From an uncultured Gammaproteobacteria bacterium (lineage in GTDB: Bacteria > Patescibacteriota > Patescibacteriia > Patescibacteriales > UBA12465), in NCBI GenBank assembly GCA_964431235.1, contig CAYSJA010000010.1, positions 1 through 62,001 of the forward strand: a stretch of 62,001 nt of DNA, written 5' to 3'. A program made the translations under genes and the position numbers. Numbering within the stretch: the stretch's first letter is position 1; each line of letters begins with the position of its first letter. Shown here one piece after another: positions 6,923 through 16,005 of the stretch. The notes under the pieces were generated by a model. It was not told where the DNA came from. It made no database searches and worked only from the letters and a program-made list of their open reading frames with translations.

Positions 6923-7975
6923 TTAAAAAATTGTTTTAGCCAATTCCCAATATTCAGGATTGCCATTCTTATATTGATAATACCACCACTCAACCCCCCA
7001 GAGATAGGCTTTTTTAAAGCCAGTATTTATACCGTATTGTAAATTAGCTTTAAATTGCTCTAGATTAAAAGACTTATCAATTTCTTCTTCGGAAAGATAT
7101 ATTATACTTCCTTTAGGAACCCAGGGCTCAGCTTGAAGTTCTATAATTATTCTCTTATCTTTCGGTATATCAACTAAATAAGCTTTTAAAGGATAGAACC
7201 AGGAGGGAATTGGATAACGGATATATCCGGTCCACTTACCCCAAACTACACGATAAACTGTGCTTCCAAAAACATCAGCTAACTTTGCCTCCTTTCGCCA
7301 AAAACTAAGCTCTCCGGTAGCAGAAATAATTACTGGTCTATCATCTAAAGCTTTTATAGTTTCTAACTCTTTTTCAAAGAACCATTCATCAATAGGTGGA
7401 CAAATTCCAAATTCATTAAAAAAGGGTTCATTTTCCAATTGCCAAGCTATAATTGAATCATAATCCTTATAATGATTAACGGTGGCCATTAACATTCTAG
7501 CTAGTTTACCTTTAGTTGACTCCATTGTTTCTTTATTAATCCAAGTCGGAGCATGACATTCCGGCCAACGTGGTAAACGCCAACCAATATTAATAATGAA
7601 CTTCACTCCTCTTTTTTCACCTTCGTGTATTATGTAATCATACTTTGAAAAATCAAATACCCCTGGTTCTTTCTCAATTTCATCCCAATAAACAGGTAAT
7701 CTTATTTCTTTTACCTTTAAATTATCCAATATTGCTAAATAAACTTCCTGCCAATCAAGGCCTATTTCTTGACAAAACTTAGTAGAAAAAGTAACACCGA
7801 AAAAATCTGAATCATGCTTCAAATCACGTTTAAGTGGGTAGTTCTTAGCGATTTTCAAAAAATAGACTAATCCAAAAACTAAGATCAAAATAACAACTAT
7901 TGTTAAAAATCTTTTATTTTGGCAAAACCAATTAGGATGATGATGAAAAATATTTTTCAATCCCTTTAAATCCAT
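6923..7975 (-). CDS. Membrane-anchored glycoside hydrolase (clan GH-A, GH5/GH42-like)
   Basis: N-terminal TM, RLPVYW..IE..PG.FDF, WQLENEP acid/base, ELQAEPW, LWG.EWW. Confidence 0.75.
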   Translation of the reverse strand: MDLKGLKNIFHHHPNWFCQNKRFLTIVVILILVFGLVYFLKIAKNYPLKRDLKHDSDFFGVTFSTKFCQEIGLDWQEVYLAILDNLKVKEIRLPVYWDEIEKEPGVFDFSKYDYIIHEGEKRGVKFIINIGWRLPRWPECHAPTWINKETMESTKGKLARMLMATVNHYKDYDSIIAWQLENEPFFNEFGICPPIDEWFFEKELETIKALDDRPVIISATGELSFWRKEAKLADVFGSTVYRVVWGKWTGYIRYPIPSWFYPLKAYLVDIPKDKRIIIELQAEPWVPKGSIIYLSEEEIDKSFNLEQFKANLQYGINTGFKKAYLWGVEWWYYQYKNGNPEYWELAKTIF

Positions 7976-8019
7976 AAAAATAAAACTAATGATTATAATT
8001 TTTTAGATCTATAATCTGC

Positions 8020-8955
8020 TTAAACGGCAATAAAATAAAGTCCTATAAAAACTAAAATAACTGCACCAGTTTTTTGTAAAATTATAGGCCAAGAAAAAGT
8101 TTCTTTTAATAACTTTGGCGCTAAAGCGGCTAAAATAGCACTTATTATCAACAAAAAAGCATATTGAAATCCTTGCATAGCATTAACTATTGCTACTGGT
8201 CCAAGAAAAATCGCATAATTTTGCAAAATAAATCCACTGGATCCCAATATTTGATTAAAAATCACCAAAAATTTATTTTTCTTAGGAGATGATCTCTTAA
8301 AAAAAGAATTAATGGCTAAACGATCTTTTTTCCTTAATAAAAATAAGAGAACAAATAATCCGGCCCCTAAACGATTCCATAAAAAAGCACTCATAAAAGG
8401 CTGATTGTTATAGGCATACTTACTGGCAACAAAGTAAAAAGAATAAAACAGAGCGGAAACAAAAGCAATTTGTAAACCACGGCGATTAAATTTATTCTTT
8501 AATCCTATTTTTTTAAGAAAACGCGCTAAAAAATTACGTGGCTGGGGTAATAGAGCAATCACTAATACTCCGGCTAATAAAAACCCCATACCAATCCACT
8601 GATTCAAGGTATAAACATCTTTTAAGAATATCAAAGAAAGTATTATTGAAAAAACAGGGATTAAGCCACCGATAAATACTAAAATTCTAGCTGCTTCGCC
8701 TTGCTTTAGAGCTTCATACAAAAGCCATAAAGCAATAGCGAATAAAATACCAACAAATAAATTAAATGCTGACCAAGCCAGCCCCGGCCATTTTAAAAAC
8801 CAAGGAGAAACTAACATCACAGCCAAACCTAAAATACAAACAATAAAAACATAGGCCTGGCTACTCTTTAGTATATTATCAACTAAAAATTTATCCAATA
8901 AATTAGCTATTGCTAAAAATAAATAGGCGCTTAAAGCGACAAGCAACCAATCCAT
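8020..8955 (-). CDS. EamA/DMT-family transporter
   Basis: About 10 TM segments in two EamA-like repeats. Confidence 0.8.
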   Translation of the reverse strand: MDWLLVALSAYLFLAIANLLDKFLVDNILKSSQAYVFIVCILGLAVMLVSPWFLKWPGLAWSAFNLFVGILFAIALWLLYEALKQGEAARILVFIGGLIPVFSIILSLIFLKDVYTLNQWIGMGFLLAGVLVIALLPQPRNFLARFLKKIGLKNKFNRRGLQIAFVSALFYSFYFVASKYAYNNQPFMSAFLWNRLGAGLFVLLFLLRKKDRLAINSFFKRSSPKKNKFLVIFNQILGSSGFILQNYAIFLGPVAIVNAMQGFQYAFLLIISAILAALAPKLLKETFSWPIILQKTGAVILVFIGLYFIAV

Positions 8956-8958
8956 AAA

Positions 8959-10242
8959 TTATCTTTTAATTATTATTTTTTCTATATTGCATGTTCCTTG
9001 ATTCTCAGCATTCAAAAATCCGTCCATGGCTGCACGAGCTAAACGACCTGAAGAGAGCATATCTGGCAGCCATTCATCAATATAACGCTGATCTGGACTG
9101 TCTATTCCCGCGCCGATAGAGATAAGCCAGGCCCTATTAAAATTTTCTTGCGAACCGATTGTCTCTGACATTAAAATCGGCAATCCTAAACCGCTGTAAA
9201 AAGAGAGTTCCGAGGGTTTAGTCCATAAAATATCAGTCTGGTGCAAAATTTGATTGAACAGCTGAAAATACTTTATTTTATCTTTATGAAAAATAATTCT
9301 TACTTCTTTTTCTTTCTCTAAACTATTTGCTTCTATCTCCTTCTCAAAATATTTTTTTACCTCAAACCGACTACCGGCTATTAGATTGACCGTTATCTTT
9401 CCGTCTTTTATTTCATTAGCCAATCGTTTAATAATTTCCGCCCCGATTTCTTTTTGAGCACCGGCTCCGCCTACTGCAAAAGTTATTACCAAAGGCCTAT
9501 TACTTCTTCCCCTTAAACTGTCAGGCACAATTTTTTTTAACAGCGCCTTTTCTTTTTGACGATAAATTCCTGACTGATCAAGGGCAATGATACGCCTGGT
9601 TAAATCTTTTTTTATAATTTCTTTCTTCTCGCCAATATTCTCTAAAGGTAGAGGAAAACCGGTTATATAAATATTTTTTTCTTTTACTCCATACATCATC
9701 AGGCGCTCTTTTACCCTACTATTAGGAACCAAAAATTTAGTACGGCTATTTTTAGGATCAATCGGGGCCCAGGCACGAGAAATATCAGCATCGCATATTA
9801 TGCAATAAATATCTCCGCGATAATTATGTCCTTCCGCCATATACATAACTACAAAAAAAGTAGTGACTAAAGGCAAGTTAGTTTTTCCTAATTTATCTAT
9901 TAAATCTTTCCCTAACCCCTTTCTTATCAATTTATTGAAATACAATTGTTGAAATGCTGGGCGAGAAAGATTGCGTGAAGGATAAAATGATCTTATCCTT
10001 TGAAAATAATCCATAACTGAAAAAACAGCTTCGCCTATAATCGGTGTCTTTTTAAAGCGAGAAATTTTTTCATAAGTCTTTAAACTCTTAAGCCAATATT
10101 CTTCTTCCCATTTTGGTATTCCTTGATAATTATTAACAGTAATAATTTCATTACCGCCAAGATGCAACAAAGGATAAGCAGCTCTCTGATGACCATAACC
10201 CATATTAGCAGACACCAAATTTATTTTTTTTTCTATTTTCAT
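8959..10242 (-). CDS. GT-B fold glycosyltransferase-like protein (MGDG synthase/GT28-like)
   Basis: MGYGHQRAA, TGFP, VGGAG, TKP.ELS, G.QE..N motifs. Confidence 0.7.
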   Translation of the reverse strand: MKIEKKINLVSANMGYGHQRAAYPLLHLGGNEIITVNNYQGIPKWEEEYWLKSLKTYEKISRFKKTPIIGEAVFSVMDYFQRIRSFYPSRNLSRPAFQQLYFNKLIRKGLGKDLIDKLGKTNLPLVTTFFVVMYMAEGHNYRGDIYCIICDADISRAWAPIDPKNSRTKFLVPNSRVKERLMMYGVKEKNIYITGFPLPLENIGEKKEIIKKDLTRRIIALDQSGIYRQKEKALLKKIVPDSLRGRSNRPLVITFAVGGAGAQKEIGAEIIKRLANEIKDGKITVNLIAGSRFEVKKYFEKEIEANSLEKEKEVRIIFHKDKIKYFQLFNQILHQTDILWTKPSELSFYSGLGLPILMSETIGSQENFNRAWLISIGAGIDSPDQRYIDEWLPDMLSSGRLARAAMDGFLNAENQGTCNIEKIIIKR

Positions 10243-10361
10243 AAAAATAAAAGCTAATTTTATTTACCTTTTCTTTATTATAACAGTTATAATTTAATTT
10301 TCATATAAGTAAAAATAAGACTACCCCTTATATAAACGGTTAGTTTTTAGCAATTAATATC

Positions 10362-11276
10362 TTATTCATTTTTCATTTGTAAATATTGATAAGCACTCAA
10401 GGCGGCAATAGTGGCCTGCCCCATAGCAATTGTTAACTGTTTGAATTCACAGGAAACTACATCTCCAGCAACAAATAATCCTGGAGTTTTTGTTTCCATA
10501 TTAGGCTTGGCAATAATTTGATAACTTTCATCTCTTTCAACCAAATCAGCTACTAAGTCAGTACTGGCAATGCGACCAATCTCAATAAAAACTCCATCAA
10601 CTTCTAATTCCTCTTCTGTTTTTAATTGCTTATTTAACAATAATATTTTTTCTACTCTATCTTTCCCAATAATTTTCTTAATCTCCGTATTCATAAAAAT
10701 CTTAATATTTTGCCGCGCTTTTACCTCTGTCACTAAAGTATCAAAAGCTCTAAAATTCTCACTTCTGTGGATTAAATAAACTTGGCTAGCTATCTTAGAC
10801 ATAAATTCAGCAGCATCTAAGGCTGAATTTCCTCCACCAACAATAACCACTTTTTTACCTTTATAAAAAGGGCCATCGCAATTAGCGCAATAAGAAATAC
10901 CTTTTCCTCCTAATTCAACTTCTCCCGGAACTGCCAAACGGCGCGGAGAAAGACCCATGGTGATAATAATTGTTCTAGCTTGAAACTCTTCTTTGCCGGT
11001 GTGTAAGCGAAAATTGCCATCTGGCATTTTTTCCACTTTCTTTATTTCCCCATCTTTAAACTCAACTCCGAAATTACTAGCTTGATTTTTTATTCTAGTA
11101 ATGAGTTCAAAACTTTTTATTTTCTCAAAACCTGGGTAATTTTCAATTTCATCAGCCCAAATCATTTGGCCGCCAAGCTCTTTACCAATTATCAGAGTTT
11201 TCATTTCTCTTCTTACGGCATATATGCCGGCTGTCATTCCGGCTGGGCCAGAACCAATAATTATTAGATCATACAT
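10362..11276 (-). CDS. trxB: Thioredoxin-disulfide reductase
   Basis: IIGSGPAG, SYCANCDG (CxxC), GGGNSA, AGD. Confidence 0.93.
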   Translation of the reverse strand: MYDLIIIGSGPAGMTAGIYAVRREMKTLIIGKELGGQMIWADEIENYPGFEKIKSFELITRIKNQASNFGVEFKDGEIKKVEKMPDGNFRLHTGKEEFQARTIIITMGLSPRRLAVPGEVELGGKGISYCANCDGPFYKGKKVVIVGGGNSALDAAEFMSKIASQVYLIHRSENFRAFDTLVTEVKARQNIKIFMNTEIKKIIGKDRVEKILLLNKQLKTEEELEVDGVFIEIGRIASTDLVADLVERDESYQIIAKPNMETKTPGLFVAGDVVSCEFKQLTIAMGQATIAALSAYQYLQMKNE

Positions 11277-11803
11277 AATAATAAATAGCTGCTATAAGCA
11301 ACTTTAGTTAAATAGAATTTAATTATAGAAATATTATACTATAAAAAATAAAAGGCGACAAGAAAAAGGATAAAAAAATATTTTATAGATATTTAATCAA
11401 AAATTTGTTTTTCTTGTGGAAAAATAAATATGTTAATATTAGCTAAAAAAGTAAAGATAAGCACAATTTTTTGAAAAATATTTTTTAGCTAATATTAAAT
11501 AAATAAATTTAGAAAAGTCTAGATTAATGTGGACTCTTCTCCTTAATTTATGACATAAAATTTCTATAAAAAAATCTTAAACAAAAATTAAAATAAATTA
11601 TAAAAGTTTTTTCAATCATCAGTAAAAATAAGAAAATATTCATTAAAAATATAATTGATATAACTTCATCTCCTATTTTATTAATAAAGTTAAAATAAAC
11701 TACCATGGGCCATATAACCGCTGATATTTATCTTAGTACTTAAAATAATAACTTTGAATTGTCATTTTTTTATAAAAAATTAACTTAAACTAATCTTATT
11801 ATA

Positions 11804-12293
11804 TAATCCGTACTCTATTTAGTAGATACTTTTAAACCCGCTACCCACCTCCTTTGAGCTAAGAGATAATTTCTGTATTTGTATTCTACTGGGGCCATTC
11901 TATTTTTTGACCATTGTTTCCTTTGATTATTATAATATACTATATAATTATTAATTTTTACATTTAATTCTTCAAATATTTGACATAATCAGTAATCAGA
12001 TTTATCTTTTAGATAACCAAAAAATGATTCAATCGGGGCATTATTTGACCTTGACCAGATTTATCTAGCATTGATTTCAATATCGTTTAATTTTAAGGCG
12101 CACTTCTTAAAATCAAAAGTATAGTTAACTAAGTTGTTAGTACATTTAAATACACAAGGATTTAACCTTAATTTCTTAACTTGTTCACTAGAAAATTTGA
12201 TTCACATATTGTTTTAGTTTGTTATTTTATTATATCTCATTTTATCAACAAAAAAGCAGATACTTTTATATCTACTTTTTAGGGTACAAATCA
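11804..12293 (-). mobile_element. Internally deleted, degenerate IS3-family element
   Basis: Imperfect 25-bp IRs (11804-11828 / 12269-12293, 18/25 identical). Minus-strand fragments NAPIESFFGYLKD and YYNNQRKQW..RMAPVEY..RNYL match the IS3 integrase C-terminus and contain stops. Confidence 0.8.
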
Positions 12294-12296
12294 ATG

Positions 12297-12370
12297 TGGA
12301 CCATAAGGGACTTGAACCCTTGACCTCTTCCATGCCATGGAAGCACTCTAGCCAACTGAGCTAATGGCCC
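12297..12370 (-). tRNA. tRNA-Ala(GGC)
   Basis: Cloverleaf; anticodon arm CTTCC-AT-GGC-AT-GGAAG; G3:U70. Confidence 0.95.
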
Positions 12371-12504
12371 TTTAACATTTAGGTTCCTTAAGGAACATTT
12401 TTATAACAAACTAATAAAATTATATCTGTTATAAAATTATTGTCAAGATTAAAAAGAATATTTTTATTTAAATTTGTCAATTTATTGACAAATAAATAAA
12501 ATAG

Positions 12505-12576
12505 TGTTCCCACCAGGAATCGAACCTGGATTTAGAACTTAGGAGGTTCTTGTTTTATCCATTAAACTATGGGAAC
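12505..12576 (-). tRNA. tRNA-Arg(CCT)
   Basis: Cloverleaf; anticodon arm AGAAC-CT-CCT-AA-GTTCT. Confidence 0.95.
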
Positions 12577-12725
12577 AAAAATATTGCTAAACAAAGCAAA
12601 CTATGGATATTTTACTCTAATCTAATTAATTTTTCAACTTTTGCCAATTTATTATTTCTTTGACAAAAACAATATATTGGCTTAAAATAAAAGCAGTTAT
12701 TTTATTCTTATTCAATGATAAAATT

Positions 12726-13130
12726 ATGTTTAATCGTGAAAACAAACTAGAAAAATTTAAAGATGCAGAAACCATAATTGGTGCTTCGGTTAAAGTCAAA
12801 GGTAATTTTCATGGCCAAGGAAATATCGTAATTGAAGGCGTTTTAGAGGGGTCTTTAAAGACAGACGCTAATATTTTTATTGGTGAAAAAGCTAAAGTGG
12901 TAGCCAATGTTGAAGCTCAAGATTTAATTGTTAACGGAGAGATAAAAGGTAATGTCAAAGCCAAAAATTATCTTTCTCTTGGTAAAACAGCTAGAATAAA
13001 TGGTGACATCGGCTATGGAGAAATGTCCATAGAAAAAGGAGCTATAATCAACGGGCAAGTTTTATCTTCTCAAGAAAACGAAAAAAAGACTAATGAGCCG
13101 GAAAAAAACAAAAATGAAAAAAATAAATAG
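12726..13130 (+). CDS. Bactofilin (polymer-forming cytoskeletal protein)
   Basis: ETIIG..V.VKG...I.G...G beta-helix repeats, IEKGA.ING; likely ATG at 12726. Confidence 0.9.
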   Translation: MFNRENKLEKFKDAETIIGASVKVKGNFHGQGNIVIEGVLEGSLKTDANIFIGEKAKVVANVEAQDLIVNGEIKGNVKAKNYLSLGKTARINGDIGYGEMSIEKGAIINGQVLSSQENEKKTNEPEKNKNEKNK

Positions 13131-13147
13131 TCGCCTGAAGTAATTAT

Positions 13148-13879
13148 ATGTACGTTTATATTTATGACGACTATTTAAATAAGAATCGGTATAATAAAGC
13201 GGTTAATCGAATGGAAATTCGATTGACCGATCTTGGATTAAACGGAAAAATAATCAGATTAGGCAATATAAAAAATATAAAAGCCGCTGTTCAAAATGAA
13301 ATCCGCCTCGGCGCCAAAACTATTATAGCTGTTGGCAATAATCAAACTGTTAATAAAATAATGGGGGCAATAATTGAAGCTGATGTTTATAGTGATTTTC
13401 AAAAAAATACCCTCTTGGGAATAATCCCTATCGGAGGCGACAATTCAATTGCCGTCTCTTTTGGTATAAAAAACGAGGAAGAGGCTTGTAATATTTTGTT
13501 GGCTAGGAGAGTAAAAAAAATTGATCTTGGCCTGATTGGTGATTACTATTTTTTAAACGAAACAGAAACAGAAAGTAAAGGTACAAAAATAAATTTAAAA
13601 GGCTATTCTTTAGAAACCCAGGAAAAAGGGGTTATAAAAATAATAAACTTATTAAACAGGGGTGATATTTTAGATTCAAACCCTCGTGACGGATTGTTAG
13701 ATATTTTAATAAATACTAAAAAAAGGGATCAAAGTTTACTCCATTTAGAAAAATTTGAGCTTACAGGGAATAATGATATAATTGTCGATGGCGTTATCAC
13801 AGTAAAAATGCCGGTTGAAATTAGTGTGGCAAAAGGTAAACTAAATGTAATAGTTGGCAAAAATCGATCCTTTCAATAA
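13148..13879 (+). CDS. Diacylglycerol kinase (DAGK_cat)-like protein, degenerate motifs
   Basis: IIAVGNNQT, LGIIPIG..N..A..FGI, KIDLG, DGLLD. Confidence 0.7.
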   Translation: MYVYIYDDYLNKNRYNKAVNRMEIRLTDLGLNGKIIRLGNIKNIKAAVQNEIRLGAKTIIAVGNNQTVNKIMGAIIEADVYSDFQKNTLLGIIPIGGDNSIAVSFGIKNEEEACNILLARRVKKIDLGLIGDYYFLNETETESKGTKINLKGYSLETQEKGVIKIINLLNRGDILDSNPRDGLLDILINTKKRDQSLLHLEKFELTGNNDIIVDGVITVKMPVEISVAKGKLNVIVGKNRSFQ

Positions 13880-13881
13880 AA

Positions 13882-13999
13882 AAGATCGGCTTAAACGGGG
13901 AGGCAAGAAAATTCCTTCTAGGTATTTCTAGCAATTGCCGGAAAATCCTGAGAAGAAAATCCCCATGCTTGTCGTGCCTGTCCCGTTTAAACCGATCTT
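13882..13999 (-). ncRNA. Candidate structured ncRNA (~120-130 nt), identity unknown
   Basis: Long terminal stem AAGATCGGTTTAAACGGG..AGGCA / TGCCT..CCCGTTTAAGCCGATCTT (G-U pair favours minus strand); upstream TTGACA-17-(TGn)TAATAT at 14049-14021. Confidence 0.6.
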
Positions 14000-14137
14000 C
14001 ATTTTTTAATAAAACATTATATATTAACACATAAAAAAAATCTTGTCAAGAGTTTTATCAACAACTTATTAACAAAACAATAAAACCCTATATTTACAGG
14101 GTTTTATTTTAATTAACAATTTACCTTGATTGCCTTA

Positions 14138-15967
14138 TTATACCTTTATAACCACTGGCAAAACCATGGGACGACGCTTAGTTAACTTAAATAAAAATAA
14201 ACCAATATCGTTTCTAATCTTATTTTTAATAAAATCATCGTCAGCTGGTGTCATTGAATTTTTATCTTTTACTATTTTTTTCACTCTCATTCTAGTTTTT
14301 TCAATTAAATCCCGATTCTCCTTCATATATATAAAACCGCGTGAAATCAAATCAGGATTACCAATAATATCACCGGTTTTCGTATCTATCGTCACAATTG
14401 CTACTATCATGCCATCCTCTGACATCATGCGTCTATCGCGCAAAACAATCTCAGAAACATCACCAACTCCTAATCCATCAACCATTACATAATCAGCTGG
14501 AACTTTCTCTTTTGTTAAAAATCCGACTACTTTCTCAGAATTATCTCTGTAGAAAGAAACAACTTGTCCGTTATCAGCAACAAAAATATTGTTTTTAGGA
14601 ATACCAATTGCCTCAGCTAATTCTGCGTTAGCCTTCAACATATAATGATTAGCCTCTATGGGCATTACATATTCCGGCTTAAAAAGCCGCATAGCTAATT
14701 TCAAGTCTTCCTGTTTAGCGTGCCCTCCAGCATGAATATCAAGCATCTTATAATTTATCACTTTAGCTCCTTGGCGAGTCACCATATCCATTAAAGTTTG
14801 GATACTGCGTTCATTGCCGGGAATAACTGAAGAAGAAAAAATAACTGTATCTCCTTGTTTTAAATGAATAGAACGATGCTCACTATTTACAACGCGGCAC
14901 AAAAAAGCATTTTGTTCTCCTTGAGCGCCAGTACCGATGATAATAACTTTATCATCCGATAATTTATGTAGATCTCTATCATCAACTAATAAAGAAGGAT
15001 TAAATTTTAGATAACCTATTTCATGAGCCACCTCAACATTAGCTTTCATGCTCCTGCCTTGCAAATTGACTCTACGCCCATTTTTAGCAGCTAAATCTAA
15101 AATTTTCTGAACACGGCTAAGTTGCGAAGCAAAAGTCCCAATAATAATCCGCCCCTCTATATTTTCAAATAAGTGCCCCATTTCTTCGCCAATAGCTGAT
15201 TCAGAAATTTGATAACCAGCATGAGTAGCATCTGTTGAATCTATCATCAACATCAATACTCCCTGTGTTCCTAATTGAGCCATACGATTAAGATCAGCCG
15301 GCTTGTCATTAACTGGCGAAAAATCTATCTTAAAATCCCCAGTATGAATAATATTACCTAAATCTGTTTTTACTATAATTGCAAAGCAATCAGGGATAGA
15401 ATGGTTAACGCGGGTAAATTCAATCTGAAAAGAGTTTCCTAATTTTATAGAATGAGTTTCATCTATTTCTTTAATCTTTAGATTAGGAGCTTGCCTATAA
15501 TCTTGCTGCCTTTTTCTAACCAAGCCAGCGGTCATCTTACCCATAAACATAGGTGGATTACCTATTTCTCCCATAATATGCGGGATAGCCCCTATATGGT
15601 CATAATGACCGTGAGTAATAATTACACCTTTTATCCAATCCTTTTTATTTTTTAAATAGCTAATATTAGGGATAATATAATCAATTCCAAGCATATCCTC
15701 TTCCGGGAACTGCAAACCCATATCAATTATTATGATTTCTTTATTATATTCAATTACTGTCATATTACGGCCAACCTCTTCCAACCCACCTAAAACTATA
15801 ATCCGTAAAGGATTATTTTTGGGGCCGAATTCTTTCTTAAAAGAACCTTTTTGCGGATATTCTCTTGTTTTTTCCCTAGTGCGAGAATTGAAAACTGGCT
15901 GGCGAGAACGACCAGTAAAATTTTTCTGCGATGTTTTCGTCGCAGAAGACTGATTCTGTACAAACAT
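14138..15967 (-). CDS. rnj: Ribonuclease J
   Basis: LGGLEEVGRN, THGHYDHIG, HSIPD, HTGDFK, HAGGHA, RRPMVLPV. Confidence 0.97.
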   Translation of the reverse strand: MFVQNQSSATKTSQKNFTGRSRQPVFNSRTREKTREYPQKGSFKKEFGPKNNPLRIIVLGGLEEVGRNMTVIEYNKEIIIIDMGLQFPEEDMLGIDYIIPNISYLKNKKDWIKGVIITHGHYDHIGAIPHIMGEIGNPPMFMGKMTAGLVRKRQQDYRQAPNLKIKEIDETHSIKLGNSFQIEFTRVNHSIPDCFAIIVKTDLGNIIHTGDFKIDFSPVNDKPADLNRMAQLGTQGVLMLMIDSTDATHAGYQISESAIGEEMGHLFENIEGRIIIGTFASQLSRVQKILDLAAKNGRRVNLQGRSMKANVEVAHEIGYLKFNPSLLVDDRDLHKLSDDKVIIIGTGAQGEQNAFLCRVVNSEHRSIHLKQGDTVIFSSSVIPGNERSIQTLMDMVTRQGAKVINYKMLDIHAGGHAKQEDLKLAMRLFKPEYVMPIEANHYMLKANAELAEAIGIPKNNIFVADNGQVVSFYRDNSEKVVGFLTKEKVPADYVMVDGLGVGDVSEIVLRDRRMMSEDGMIVAIVTIDTKTGDIIGNPDLISRGFIYMKENRDLIEKTRMRVKKIVKDKNSMTPADDDFIKNKIRNDIGLFLFKLTKRRPMVLPVVIKV

Positions 15968-16005
15968 GTGTTTATTATTTAATTTTATGAGTTAAATAGG
16001 CTAAT

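Noticed and set aside
11280-11800. Long AT-rich gap as a second origin or hidden gene
   Set aside because: Only an isolated DnaA-box-like word and short broken ORFs; oriC signals cluster at dnaA.
13821-14030. 69-aa minus-strand ORF
   Set aside because: No recognisable motif, overlaps the upstream gene's end and starts inside the promoter; the long stem is better explained as RNA.
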